Source of the DNA: Chiloscyllium plagiosum
Lineage: Eukaryota
NCBI RefSeq assembly: GCF_004010195.1
Contig: NC_057718.1
Coordinates: forward strand, 41,797,617 to 41,817,616
Direction: 5' to 3'
Length of the DNA: 20,000 nt
Shown: one piece after another, positions 1 through 10,175 of the stretch
Layout: every line of letters starts with the position of its first letter
How positions within the stretch are numbered: position 1 is the stretch's first letter
Notes under the pieces: model-generated
What the model was told of the DNA's origin: nothing
The model's input: only the letters and a program-made list of their open reading frames with translations
Databases searched by the model: none
Program-made: the position numbers and the translations under genes

Positions 1-74
1 CTCAGGCAACAGCAGCAACAAACATTAATGAAATTCTTCAAGCATAATAAAAAATCATATCATGCTTATATGAT

Positions 75-201
75 AAAACAAAGAATTGCGAAAGCTGGAA
101 ATCTGAAACAGAAATTGCTAGAGAAACTCAGCAGGTCTGACAGCATCCATGGAGAGAGAAACAGAGTTAACGCATTGAGTCCACTGACCCTTCTTCAGGA
201 C
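75..201 (-). mobile_element. Penelope-like element terminal (pLTR) fragment with a degenerate hammerhead motif
   Basis: The reverse complement reads tc-CTGAAGA-agggtc-agtg-gactc-AATGC-gttaac...gatgctg.cagacctgctgagtttctc.agcaatttctgttt. This is the same layout as the pLTR copy at 4621-4720, with the GAAAC core decayed. Confidence 0.7.
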
Positions 202-2544
202 AGGGTCTACTAGAACAGCATCCTAACATGCTTTACAGGAATGTTTGATGTGATGGGAGATAGGAACAATTTTTAATGAGCAATTTTTAATTGAGATTGA
301 AAGAAGGTTAATGATGTACTTTTAAACTTCTTGCAAGCTTTGGTTTCAACTGTATTAACGAAGATATGCTGAGCACAAGCTAAGTATCAACATTATTTTG
401 TAGTGAGGGGCTCAAACAGAGGATAGAGTGCAATTCATTAGCACAAGGTGCTGTGTTGTCAGGGAGAGAGAAAAAATACATCGTTACATATTTGAAATGT
501 ACAAAACTCATGACGAGTTGAATACTCATTGTGAAGAAGCAATTTTATGGAATTCCAGAATCTGAACAATATGTTGTTCAGTTTCAAACTTTCTTTCAAT
601 GCCATCTTGGTTGAAATCATGTTTGATTCAGCACTGGCTCTGCAATGCAGTAGTATGTAAGTCTTGATATCACAGGACCAGATAGAAATTGCAAACTTAA
701 AATGATTTAATTTGAATGACTTCAGTGTGACTCTCAAATCCTTAACCTTACACCTGATTCAGCCAAGTTGGCTTTAGAAAGCCTGTCCTTCAAATTACAG
801 GACAGGCAAAATCAATGTTAGCATTTTGCATTTCTTTCCCTAACTTTTTCCAATCAGAGCAAGTAGCCACTGTCTGTGATTGGAACCATTATCACACAAA
901 GGGCTTTCATTTGTAGGTTTCTGAAATTTAAGTTCAAAGTGTGTTGAAGAAGGGGGTGTGTATTGGTCCAATTTCTCACAATCAGGTGGTGGGAGGATAT
1001 GCACTTGTATTGTGGGTAAGTGTCGTCTGATTCCTCATAAGCTAATGGAGGGTGATTGTCGTATATTTATTTTGAGTGAGAGGCCTTTTAATCCTAGTAA
1101 TTTCATGGTGAAGAAATTTTTCTTTTTGTGAGGTTGTGAAGATGAGTGTCTGTCTGAATTTTGAGAATGGAATGGGAGGGGAGGTGGTTTTAAACTGCTT
1201 GAGGGTCTGTACAACCTCAGCAGTCTAACGGAATTGAAAGATGCAGAACTGTGGTGAATAGTCATCTATCCAATTATTGGTAGTTGAACAGAAAGGGAAC
1301 AAGCAGACTCATGGCAATAAATATGTCAAAATTCTAGCGAGTCTTATCTTTTCCTTTCAATATCGGGGAAGCTACTCTGAAATCTACATGGGAATTTGGT
1401 TATGAGTGTCAGCCATATTTATTAACGTACAGAAATAGTTAAAATGAAGGTTTCAGTGTGAAGCACATAAAGTTCAGACTTCCTTAACTACAAAGACTGA
1501 ATTAATAGGACAACTTATTTGTAGAAACCTATGGCTATGCTATATGGCTATTTGCCTTCATCTATTGTTTATTGATTAGCAAATTGTCCATTTAAAAGCT
1601 GAATTTCAGTTGAAATAGGAAAGACATTGGTGGTTTAATGTACTTAAATTAGAACACATCTATTACTTGCTAATTACTTGTGTTTAGGTTTGGCTGATCT
1701 GAAATCTATCTTTTCTGATTCTGAACTTTCAGTCTTATATTATGAGCCAGAGTAAAGAGTAACTGCCACACAGTCTCTCAATGAGGATTTGGATGTAACA
1801 GTAGTTAAATTAGCACAAATGCTGGTAATTTTTGCAAACACTTTTGTGTTAGGGAGGAATTTATCTTGTGTTTGATTGAATATTTTTACCTACGCTAAAA
1901 AGCAGTGTGAGCATATCTGTCATTTAAATTTGCATACTACATATGCCTTATAATTGAGTTCTGTCACAGCCATTTCACCTGTGTTACTCAGCTTGGATGA
2001 TAATCAGAACAGATGCACATTAACCACTGAATATATATCTTTATCATTTATATACCAAAGGAATAGACAAAAATAAGAAATCTGAAATAGAAACAGAAAA
2101 ATCATTGAATTATGTATTGTGTGAAACAGAAAACACAGTCTACAATTTTGGATCAAACCTAATATCAAAATTCATGTTTTATTGAAATATCCTATTCAAA
2201 TCATTATTTTCTTTTAAGCCTCTGACCAACTTACTGTGAAATTTCCACCATTTTGATCTTTTCATCATAACACTTGAACTAGAAAGTTAGTTAGGTAGAA
2301 TTAACATCGGATGTCCAACTAATTTGAGCAAAGTAAAAGGCCCAGGCTTCTATTGGAAGGTGTTTATGCAGTTATTTGTTGCGCAGGGACAGAATTGAGC
2401 TTACACAATCTGCTTGCCAAGCTCAGTTTGCTGACATTTATTATCTTGGCAAATACATGCAACATGTTACTTGGATGAGGGAACAAAAGACAGCAGAGAC
2501 CGATAAAACTATTTCTTAGCAAAAACTGATAACCTTCTATACAA

Positions 2545-2765
2545 CAATTTGTATTTCTATAATATTGGTTAACATGGTAAAATATGTTAAGGCATATCAA
2601 AGGAGCATTATCATACAAAATAGAGCACCAAACATCAGCAAACAAATGTTTCTAAGTTACATAAGGAAATATTACAATAAGCATTCAAAAGCTTTGCAAA
2701 AAAAAATGACAAATGTCTTAAAGGAAGAGAAATAATAGGAGAGGTTTCAGGAGGAAGTTCCAAAA
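2545..2765 (-). mobile_element. Decayed L2 LINE 3' end
   Basis: Motifs 'aggagcattatcatacaaaat', 'cataaggaaatatta', 'aaaagcttt', 'tgtcttaaaggaagaga' and 'gagaggtttcaggaggaagttcca' resemble the recalled shark L2 3' end in reverse orientation. They also match the + strand copy at 7600-7803. Confidence 0.6.
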
Positions 2766-2823
2766 ACAGAAAACAAAAAGTAAATTAGTTGAGCTCAGTT
2801 CACTAAATGGTTAATGCCATTTA

Positions 2824-3030
2824 ATCATAGCATCCTTAAGTGTTGAAGTAGGCCACTCAGCTGATTGAGCCCACCCCAACCCTCTAAAGAGCATCCCCAC
2901 CTAAACCCATTCCCCTACCTTATCACTATAATCCTGCATTTCCAGCTAAACTGCACATTTTGGGCAATTTAGCATGGTCAATCACCTATCCTGCACATCT
3001 TTGGCCCGCGGGAGGAAATCCACTCAGTCA
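2824..3030 (-). mobile_element. HE1/V-SINE, 3' part (split by a CR1 insertion)
   Basis: The reverse complement contains 'tttcctccc..ccaaagatgtgcagg.taggtgattgaccatgctaaattgccc', shared with the SINE at 5400-5740, and ends in a CR1-derived tail 'gctgagtggcctact...gatgctatgat'. Confidence 0.8.
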
Positions 3031-3493
3031 ATAGACAATAAACAATAGACAATAGGTGCAGGAGTAGGCCATTCAGCCCTTCGAGCCTGCACCGCCATTC
3101 AGCATGATCATGGCTGATCATTCCTAATCAGTATCCTGTTCCAGCCTTATCTCCATAACCCTTGATTCCACTATCTTTGAGAGCTCTATCCAACTCTTTC
3201 TTAAATGAATCCAGAGACTGAGCCTCCACTGCCCTCTGGGGCAGAGCATTCCACACAGCCACCACTCTCTGGGTGAAGACGTTTCTCCTCATCTCTGTCC
3301 TAAATGGTCTACCCCGTATTTTTAAGCTGTGTGTTCTGGTTCGGCACTCACCCATCAGCGGAAACATGTTTCCTGCTGCCAGAGTGTCCAATCCTTTCAT
3401 AATCTTATACGTCTCAATCAGATCCCCTCTCAGTCTTCTAAACTCAAGGGTATACAAGCCCAGTCGCTTCAGTCTTTCAGTGTAAGGTAATTC
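3031..3493 (-). mobile_element. 5'-truncated CR1-clade LINE (ORF2 C-terminus, 3'UTR and tandem tail)
   Basis: ORF 3128-3457 (YTLEFRRLRGDLIETYKIMKGLD...FTQRVVAVWNALP...GIKGYG) is the typical CR1 ORF2 C-terminus. It is followed by the 3'UTR 'gatcagccatgatcatgctgaatggcggtgcaggctcgaagggctgaatggcctactcctgc' and a (CTATTGT)n tail. CAGTCA flanks it at 3025-3030 and 3494-3499. Confidence 0.95.
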
Positions 3494-3573
3494 CAGTCAC
3501 CAAAGACTGGAAATCAAACCTGGGTCCCTGGCACTGGGAAGCAGTAGTGCTAACCACCAAGCCACTGTGCTGC
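3494..3573 (-). mobile_element. HE1/V-SINE, 5' tRNA-derived head
   Basis: The reverse complement gcagcacagTGGCTTGGTGGttagcact...ccagggacccaGGTTTGATTTCc has A-box and B-box-like motifs and is colinear with 5401-5480. Confidence 0.8.
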
Positions 3574-4532
3574 TCAAACTGTTCCTAATTGTGTGGTCTA
3601 TAGCCCAGAAGTTTCATTGGACCACTCTTGATCCAGCACCAAAGTGCTGCAACAAGCACTTTGCATTCTTAAATGAGGTTTTAAACTGGGCTTCCAGAAT
3701 AAAAAAAATGGCAGTGAAGTTAGAACAGGGCTGACTATGTTCCTGGATTACGGATATTGAGGACCTGCATTTTTACAAGTGTCAGGAACTACAGATGTTG
3801 ACAGCTTGCAAGTCTGCATATCATCTATATTAGACTGGATTTGATTAAACACAAACAGACAGACATATGCATTTTAACTCTAAATTTGGATAAATTCTGA
3901 ATTGTTTGCATAATTATTCAAGTCAATTGAACTGGAGGCACATTCAGGTCAGATTGAGTTAAACCTGTATTTGTACAATGTTCGGCACAGCAGTTTTATC
4001 AGTTTTTATCTCCATAGCTTTCAGAATAAAACAGCAGTGATCAGAACAGAAATCAATAAACAAAAATTCCAATTACTTGATTGGGGAAATGTTTCTAACC
4101 CTGTGTTTGTCACATTACAACACATCAAGTAAAACATTTCGACCACCAAAAATATTTAATAGCTCTTCAAAGTAAATAGGTGTGCCAGCCAGAATAGCTC
4201 GGAACTTCACAGCATAAATCCATCTTCCCTGCAACTAATTGTATTAATCTGAAACTCTATCCACAGATGAGAATTTGCAATCCTGTGTACATTGGCTTTA
4301 CAGTTTCAAGGAAATGACTAACAAATACAGCACTGTTATAGATGCCATACTTGTTATTGATATTAATTTTATTTAATCCAGTCACAGACCTCTGATATAG
4401 TCTATAAATATACAAAGATAGTGATATTTTTCAGCATAGAAAACAAACCTAAGTTCACTAGCTCTGGTGAATGTGGGTCAGCACTTTTTTTTCGACAATG
4501 CCAATTTGGCTACTAAATAAAAGCTTAAACCA

Positions 4533-4720
4533 GAAACAAAAAACAGAAGTTGGTGGAAAAGCTCAGCAGGTCTGGCAGCATATGTGAAAAGAAATCAGAG
4601 TTAATGTTTGGGGTCTGGTTCTGAGGAAGGATCACCTGACTCCGAAACGTTAACTCTAATTTCTCTTCACAGATGCTGCCAGACATGCTGAGCTTTTCCA
4701 CCAACTTCTGCTTTTGTTTC
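4533..4720. mobile_element. Palindromic Penelope-like pLTR remnant (inverted arms 4533-4615 / 4638-4720)
   Basis: The arms are near-perfect reverse complements: cagaagttggtggaaaagctcagcaggtctggcagcat versus atgctgccagacatgctgagcttttccaccaacttctg. A hammerhead motif spans the spacer and the right arm. Confidence 0.85.
4618..4654 (+). ncRNA. Minimal type I hammerhead-like motif (PLE-associated)
   Basis: GUU-CUGAGGA-A-GGAUC-accu-GACUCC-GAAAC-GUU-AAC: stem I guu/aac, imperfect stem II, loopless palindromic stem III (ACGU). Confidence 0.6.
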
Positions 4721-4729
4721 CATTTGGAT

Positions 4730-4828
4730 GCTAGTCCACCTGATGAAGGAGCAACGCTCCGAAAGCTAGTGTGCTTCCAATTAAACCTGTTGGACTATAA
4801 CCTGGTGTTGTGTGATTTTTAACTATGT
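4730..4828 (+). mobile_element. Terminal fragment of a second Penelope-like family
   Basis: 'tccacctgatgaaggagc..gctccgaaagctagt..cttccaattaaacctgttggactataacctggtgttgtgtgatttttaact' is a repeat end I recall as abundant in sharks. It carries a hammerhead core. Confidence 0.7.
4737..4771 (+). ncRNA. Minimal type I hammerhead ribozyme, intact core
   Basis: CAC-CUGAUGA-A-GGAGC-aac-GCUCC-GAAAG-CUA^GUG: stem I CAC/GUG, perfect 5-bp stem II, palindromic stem III AGCU. Predicted cleavage after 4768. Confidence 0.75.
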
Positions 4829-4899
4829 TTCTCTAAACATTATTGAGGCTGGCCCAATGAACATTTCAAAACTAAGTTTGTTATTTGATAACTAAAATA

Positions 4900-5012
4900 T
4901 GAATGGTTATAGAATAAAGTTGGGTAAATGGAGTTAAGATATAAATAATTTATGATCCAATTGAATGATGGAACAGGCTAAAGACAAAGATTCACTTCTG
5001 TTCCATATTCTT
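4900..5012 (+). mobile_element. Highly decayed CR1 3' end
   Basis: 'ggttat...gggtaaatggagttaagat...tatgatccaattgaatgatggaacaggct...cttctgttccatattc' follows the CR1 ORF2 stop and 3'UTR layout seen at 3031-3160. Confidence 0.55.
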
Positions 5013-5098
5013 AAGCAACATAGCCTCAGCACCAATCTTAAGTATTGATAGTATTTAGTTTCCATGCAATACTGGTGCATGCTACAGGAGTGTATACA

Positions 5099-5399
5099 AA
5101 TTTCAGTGCATGAATAGCCCTTCCAGTGAAGAAACATCCAAGATGTGAGTCTGTGCAGTAAGGAAGTCACAAACCCAATTCTTTACATGTTATTGTGTTC
5201 GTAGCCATAAAATAAAAATATTTTACCTCTGTACTTGTGGCATCAATGAACCAATGTAGTTCATTGGACTATTTATAGTGCTTTTGTGGAGAAATAAATA
5301 TCAGATCTCCACTAGCATGACTTCCCAACATGGTATGAGCAGGCAGTTCCTATTGATTTTCTGATAATAACTGACTAAAATTCTTTTTAAAATTGTTTT
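5099..5399. repeat. Left arm of a ~300-bp inverted duplication (partner 6554-6852)
   Basis: Manual alignment to the reverse complement of 6554-6852 gives about 24 substitutions and 2 small indels (~90% identity). Example: atcagatctccactagcatgacttcccaacatg is identical in both arms. Confidence 0.95.
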
Positions 5400-5740
5400 G
5401 GGATGGCACGTGACTCAGTGGTTAGCACTGCTACCTCACAGCGCCAGGGAACTGGGTTTGATTCCCGCCTTGGGTGACAGTCAGTGTGGAGTTTATACAT
5501 TCTTCCTGTGTCTGTGTGGGTTTCCTCCGGGTGCTCCAGTTTCCTCCCACAATCCAAAGATGTGCAGGTGAGGTGAATTGGCCATGCTAAATTGTACACA
5601 ATGTTCAGGGATGTGTAGATTAGGTGCATTAGTCAGTGGTAAATGTAGGGAAATAAGTCTGGGTGGGTTACTTTTTGGAGGGTTGGTGTGGACTTGTTGG
5701 GCCTAAGAGCTTGTTTCCAGACAGTAGGGAATCTAATCTA
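5400..5740 (+). mobile_element. Full-length HE1/V-SINE
   Basis: tRNA-derived head (TGACTCAGTGG A box, GGTTTGATTCC B box), V-domain 'gtgtggagtttatacattct.cctgtgtctgtgtgggtttcctccgggtgctccagtttcctcccaca.tccaaagatgtgcagg', CR1-like 3' tail ending in (ATCTA)2. Confidence 0.92.
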
Positions 5741-6368
5741 AATTTTCTCATAGCTTGTTCAGTTTAACTTTGAGCGTAACCAATATCAAGTTGTCAGTGG
5801 GGGCTGCTTTTATATTGTGTATGCAGGATTATGAAAAGAGGGAGTATAACATGCAAATTGGAGGGCTCCTGTGGTACAGTGATGGGTCCACTGAGTCATG
5901 AAGGGTTCGGGTCTCATCTGCTCTTGTGCTGTGTCACAGCATATCTGATTAACAGTATCCTAAAATGCAAATGCACATTGGTTCACTTTCTGACTACAAA
6001 GGCAGTCTTATGAACATAGAGTAGCTATAGCATAAAAGCAGCTGGTGTAAAGCTCTACCAAATGAAGTTAACAGATTAAAATTAGAAGAAAATTTGAGTT
6101 GCTCAATCTGATGCCATTGATGCTTTATTAAAAGAAAACTGATTGCCTCATCAGTATTTTTCAATAATCAAAACTCCACAGCTAATCAAAGGGCAGTATG
6201 GCTCCCAACTCAGAACAGAACTAAATATTACTCACTTTGCTATAGCATCAAATAGTAACAGATCTTACAGAATCATGCTTCTCACCAAAGGTTTGCAATA
6301 TTTATTCCTTGAGGAAACCTAACTTCACAGCTAACGGTGGTTGAGTTCACAAATGGTTATAAATAGAG

Positions 6369-6533
6369 ACTGTGTCATTCATGGCAGTGAGATATGATAA
6401 ATATCTCTACTCTTGAGGCTGATCAGATAACTCACGATTGGAGAAGTCACAAATGAATTATGGTCAGTCTCATGAGTGGAGATATTCATCATATCTCACT
6501 GCTGACCACAACATAATCTATCTATGACACAGT
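6369..6533. repeat. Imperfect hairpin: 42-bp arms 6384-6425 / 6461-6502 plus an outer 10-bp stem 6369-6378 / 6524-6533
   Basis: gcagtgagatatgataaatatctctactcttgaggctgatca versus the right-arm reverse complement gcagtgagatatgatgaatatctccactcatgagactgacca (37/42). The outer stem actgtgtcat/atgacacagt is perfect. Confidence 0.9.
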
Positions 6534-6553
6534 ATGTTTTTGACTTAAAAATG

Positions 6554-6852
6554 AAAACAATTTTAAAAAGAATTTTAGTCAGTTATTGTCAGAAAATCAA
6601 AAGGAATTGCCTGCTCATATCATGTTGGGAAGTCATGCTAGTGGAGATCTGATGTTTATTTCTCCACAAGAGCACTATAAATATTCCAACCTACATTGGT
6701 TCATGGATGCCACATATACCAGAGGTAAAATATTTTTATTTTATGGCTACAAAAACAATAATGTGTAAATAATTGGGTTTGTATCTTCCATATTGCACAG
6801 ACTCATATCTTGGATGCTTCTCCACTGGAGGGGCTATTCATGCACTGAAATT
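6554..6852. repeat. Right arm of the ~300-bp inverted duplication
   Basis: Reverse complement of 5099-5399 at ~90% identity. Confidence 0.95.
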
Positions 6853-7384
6853 CTCTGTTACATAATGGTTGGCTTATACGGAATGTAAAATGATGTCTGA
6901 GAGCAGATTATCTACCGAAATTCTTAGTTTCAACTCATATGTTATCATAAGGGATGAAATGGGAGGAAATAATTTCTAGGAAGATTTCCTTTGTTGCTTT
7001 GTGTTATAAAATGATAACTGCATTCTTTAGTATGTCTATTTCTGACTTTTTTAAAGTTAGGAAATACTGGAAATATTAAAGAAATGCAACTATCTTTAAA
7101 TAGGAGCTAACTCCTGGTCAATTAGCATGGAGTTATTCAAGCAAAAAATGAAATGGACACTGTAAATACTGCTGCCTGCATGCATTGTTGTAGTGCAAGG
7201 GTTATGCCATCACCAGAGGTACCTGACATAACTACAATAATCTGTCACTTACATACACATTCCATTTCACCCACATTTCCTAGTGTTTGCTTGCCTTTAA
7301 TTTGGGTCTCCACACAATATTCCTGATTGAAGAGAGGCCATTCACAGGTCTCCAGTCCTGTGCACATACCTGTTTGTAATAGCC

Positions 7385-7575
7385 ACTGAGTGATGTGTGA
7401 ACATTTCTACACTCGACTGGATTTTAGTTTTTTCTTCTTGTGGGAATGAAGGCTCTTGTTGCTTCTCCAAAAGGAAATCAAGACTTCTCCTTGTAAAGAA
7501 TTGCACCATTTTGTGATCTGGCACAGTAATCACTATATCATCATAGTATTGGAAATTTGGGATATGAATTTGCAT
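7385..7575 (-). mobile_element. Possible very decayed Gypsy-type reverse transcriptase fragment
   Basis: The translation 'HIPNFQYYDDIVIT...EKTKIQSSVEMFTH' resembles the Gypsy RT stretch 'GIPNVQCYLDDILVT...EKCEFFKSSVEYLGH'. Similarity is weak. Confidence 0.3.
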
Positions 7576-7599
7576 ATGATAATCTTAACAAACTTGATA

Positions 7600-7803
7600 T
7601 TCACTAAACTCTAGATTCGGTCTGTACTTCTCTATTTATATCTTTCTTTTAAGAAGGTTCTTAAAAGCTAGGGTTTTTTGACCTAGCATTTGACCTAGCT
7701 TTTCTCATACCTATATGTTTCGTGCCAAATATTGTTTGATAATGCTTCTGTGAAATGCCTTAAGATGTTTTATTGCATTAAAGATGCAATAATGCGAGCT
7801 AGT
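7600..7803 (+). mobile_element. Decayed L2 LINE 3' end
   Basis: 'cttttaagaaggttcttaaaagcta...ttgacctagc.ttt...gtgccaaatattgtttgataatgcttctgtgaaatgccttaagatgttttattgcattaaagatgcaat' matches the recalled L2 3' terminal pattern. Confidence 0.7.
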
Positions 7804-10148
7804 GTGTCTGTGAAAAGGTTAAGAATCAACTAAGCGATAGTCTTAATGACTGTTATGTCTAATGCTCATACGCAACTTGAAAAGTCAAAAAAATCAAACT
7901 CTACTATTAAAATACTTAAATGTAAATAGTTGCTCAGTTGGCATGGACAACTATGCATGCTTTTGCTTCTGTCTATTAAGAATGTACTCTGATGTGTGTG
8001 ATAGTATCAGCAAACCTGTTTAGGAAAGAATGTAGAGGAAAATATCAGGATTACAATGACATCACTTGCCAGTCAGAATATATTATAGGCTTTTGGGTTA
8101 ATACTGCTTCTGTATGTTCACAGTTCCAGAAAATGTGCGACCTAAATCAACAAGACCACAGATGTCAGAATCATCTTCAGCTACCAAGTCCTTAACAGGG
8201 GGAAAAAAAGTTTCTTTTCACGGGCAGAACTTTTATTTAGCTGGTTTGCAGAATCGTTTTGTCACTGCTCTCCTTCATCTCCCGGTAGGCTGAGCTGCCT
8301 GGTTGATCCGTCCAGGGGGACGGGTGTCAGACCAGTGCAGGTGTCAGTGGCTGCTAGTGAGTGATTGCACCATCAGCCTCCCACTGTGATCTATCATGCG
8401 GGCCAGGCCAGTGAAGAATCACAGCTACAGCAAGGTGCTGAGCCCAGCAACATATCATTAAACAAGGTTACAAGGAGCAGATTTGTTCCTATGATCAATC
8501 TGGTCAACAGTGGTTCCACTTTACTGTTTTTCAGCAAAGCGTAAACAGGTACTGTGAGCAAACTTAGGATTAACCATTTCACTTACTTCACCTACTTGTG
8601 CTGACATTTCATATATGGGCTTTTAGAACCTGAGTTATTGAGTTCCACTTCTGCTTTATTGCACTTACAGTATTCAATACTTTGGAATTGTTTCAAGACG
8701 CATAATGCAATAGAAAGGATTTGTTAACATCTTAAATAACCAAAGCAAAATGCAAGTAGTTTTGAAGTTGATCTGAATGCCAAGGTTGCATTACCTCTTT
8801 GAAACCCAATTCCAGTCTATTTAACTTAATCTAAATACTTAAAGACATACTGGGATTTAAAAATGATCTCTGCTAAGGCTACCATCCTGTGGAATATGAA
8901 TGAAGGACTAGCTGGTAAGTAGGAATTGACAATGGAATAAGTAAGAGTTGATGGCACTCTGTGATAATATGGGAGCAAATTGGCTGTCACTGTAATTGTA
9001 CTGTTCTACCTAAAATATGATGAGACATGATTCTTACTCGTATTGCACATTTTGGTTTTAAGGATTTGTACTGTGGCTTTTAGTTCACTATGCCTGGTGG
9101 TTTAACTGTTATGTTAACTCTTTCTGCAAACATGGATGTGTGACATTGTTCATGGGATTCCATGACTACTGGTGCGATGTCTTGTTGATTGGATCCTTCC
9201 TCACCCCAGGTTGGGAAGTTTTTTGTAAAAATCTTGAACAAGCTCAGGGCAATCTTTACATTTGTGAGATATGCTGAACTGAACAAAAAAAATCTATGGA
9301 GTCAGTTGCTGTCGACAAGTTGCTCCCACCCTTAAAGTAGATGCTGGGAGCCAGAAGTTAGAAGAAGATTGGAATGGAAGTGTTTTAAAGAAAGAAGGTA
9401 CAGTATCAAATTAATTGTTAAATTAGCCAACTAATGAAAAACAACATTACAATAGGTGAAACTGAATAAAACTAAAGTGTGAAGAATGAGTAAACAGCAA
9501 AGTGTTTACAATTTTCCTCAATCTTGCATATGAACTGTTTCATAGACCAGTATCATGTTGCTGCAGCAAGCTTTTCTCAACATTACAATAACTTCATTCC
9601 TGAAATAATTTGTTTCAACAACATAGCATATCAAGGACAACTTTAATTTGCTTGCTAACTTGAAGAGTTAAAGACCAATTACTTTAACTCGAAGAGAGAA
9701 AGACCAACTATTGAAAACAAAAGTGGGGGTGGATGGAGAAAAAGACCACCTGAAAACTTACACCAAAAATTAAAATGCTAGAAGATTCTCTTCCACATAT
9801 GCTTTAAGATAAACTCAAGATGCAGGATCAGCAAATAAATATGTTATCTTCTCAAAATGTTCTTGAACTTGTCAATTCTTGGAATCGTGAAAGACCCCAC
9901 CCAAGTTGCCAAATAGACAGGACTAAGCATTTTGGAAAGTAGAGTTAAGACATGACTATGTTACAGTCTCATGAATTTCAACAGTGAATTAAGTAGAAAT
10001 TCTTCCATCAGGTAATATTGTGGAATGGCCTAAACAGCTCTGATCTAAGATTTACTGACTTTGCTTTAGAGGTTTCAGGATTTTACAAGAGAAAAGCTTT
10101 TTATTTAATGGTGTCGTGAGGGTTAGCTTGCATCTCCTTTCCTTGCAG

Positions 10149-10175
10149 TTCCTATGTAGCATGCACGGAGATATG
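10149..10175 (+). CDS. Candidate 27-nt microexon of an unidentified host gene
   Basis: Acceptor 'ttgcatctcctttccttgcAG' and donor 'ATG|GTATGT'. Length is divisible by 3. Reads FLCSMHGDM or xSYVACTEIx; the third frame has a TAG. No homology recognised. Confidence 0.35.

Noticed and set aside
2070..2265. Possible very old palindromic PLE remnant
   Set aside because: Only short AT-rich matches (gaaatctgaaatagaaacagaaaa; tttccaccattttg). Too decayed to call.
5387..5629. 80-aa ORF containing CGRKLEHPEETH
   Set aside because: Antisense translation of the V-SINE core.
5862..5950. Possible decayed tRNA-derived SINE head
   Set aside because: A- and B-box-like motifs are too degenerate. No cloverleaf, so not a tRNA gene.
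6586..6768. 60-aa ORF with a possible donor at ~6725
   Set aside because: It lies in the right arm of the inverted duplication, and the frame is not kept in the other arm (1-nt indel).
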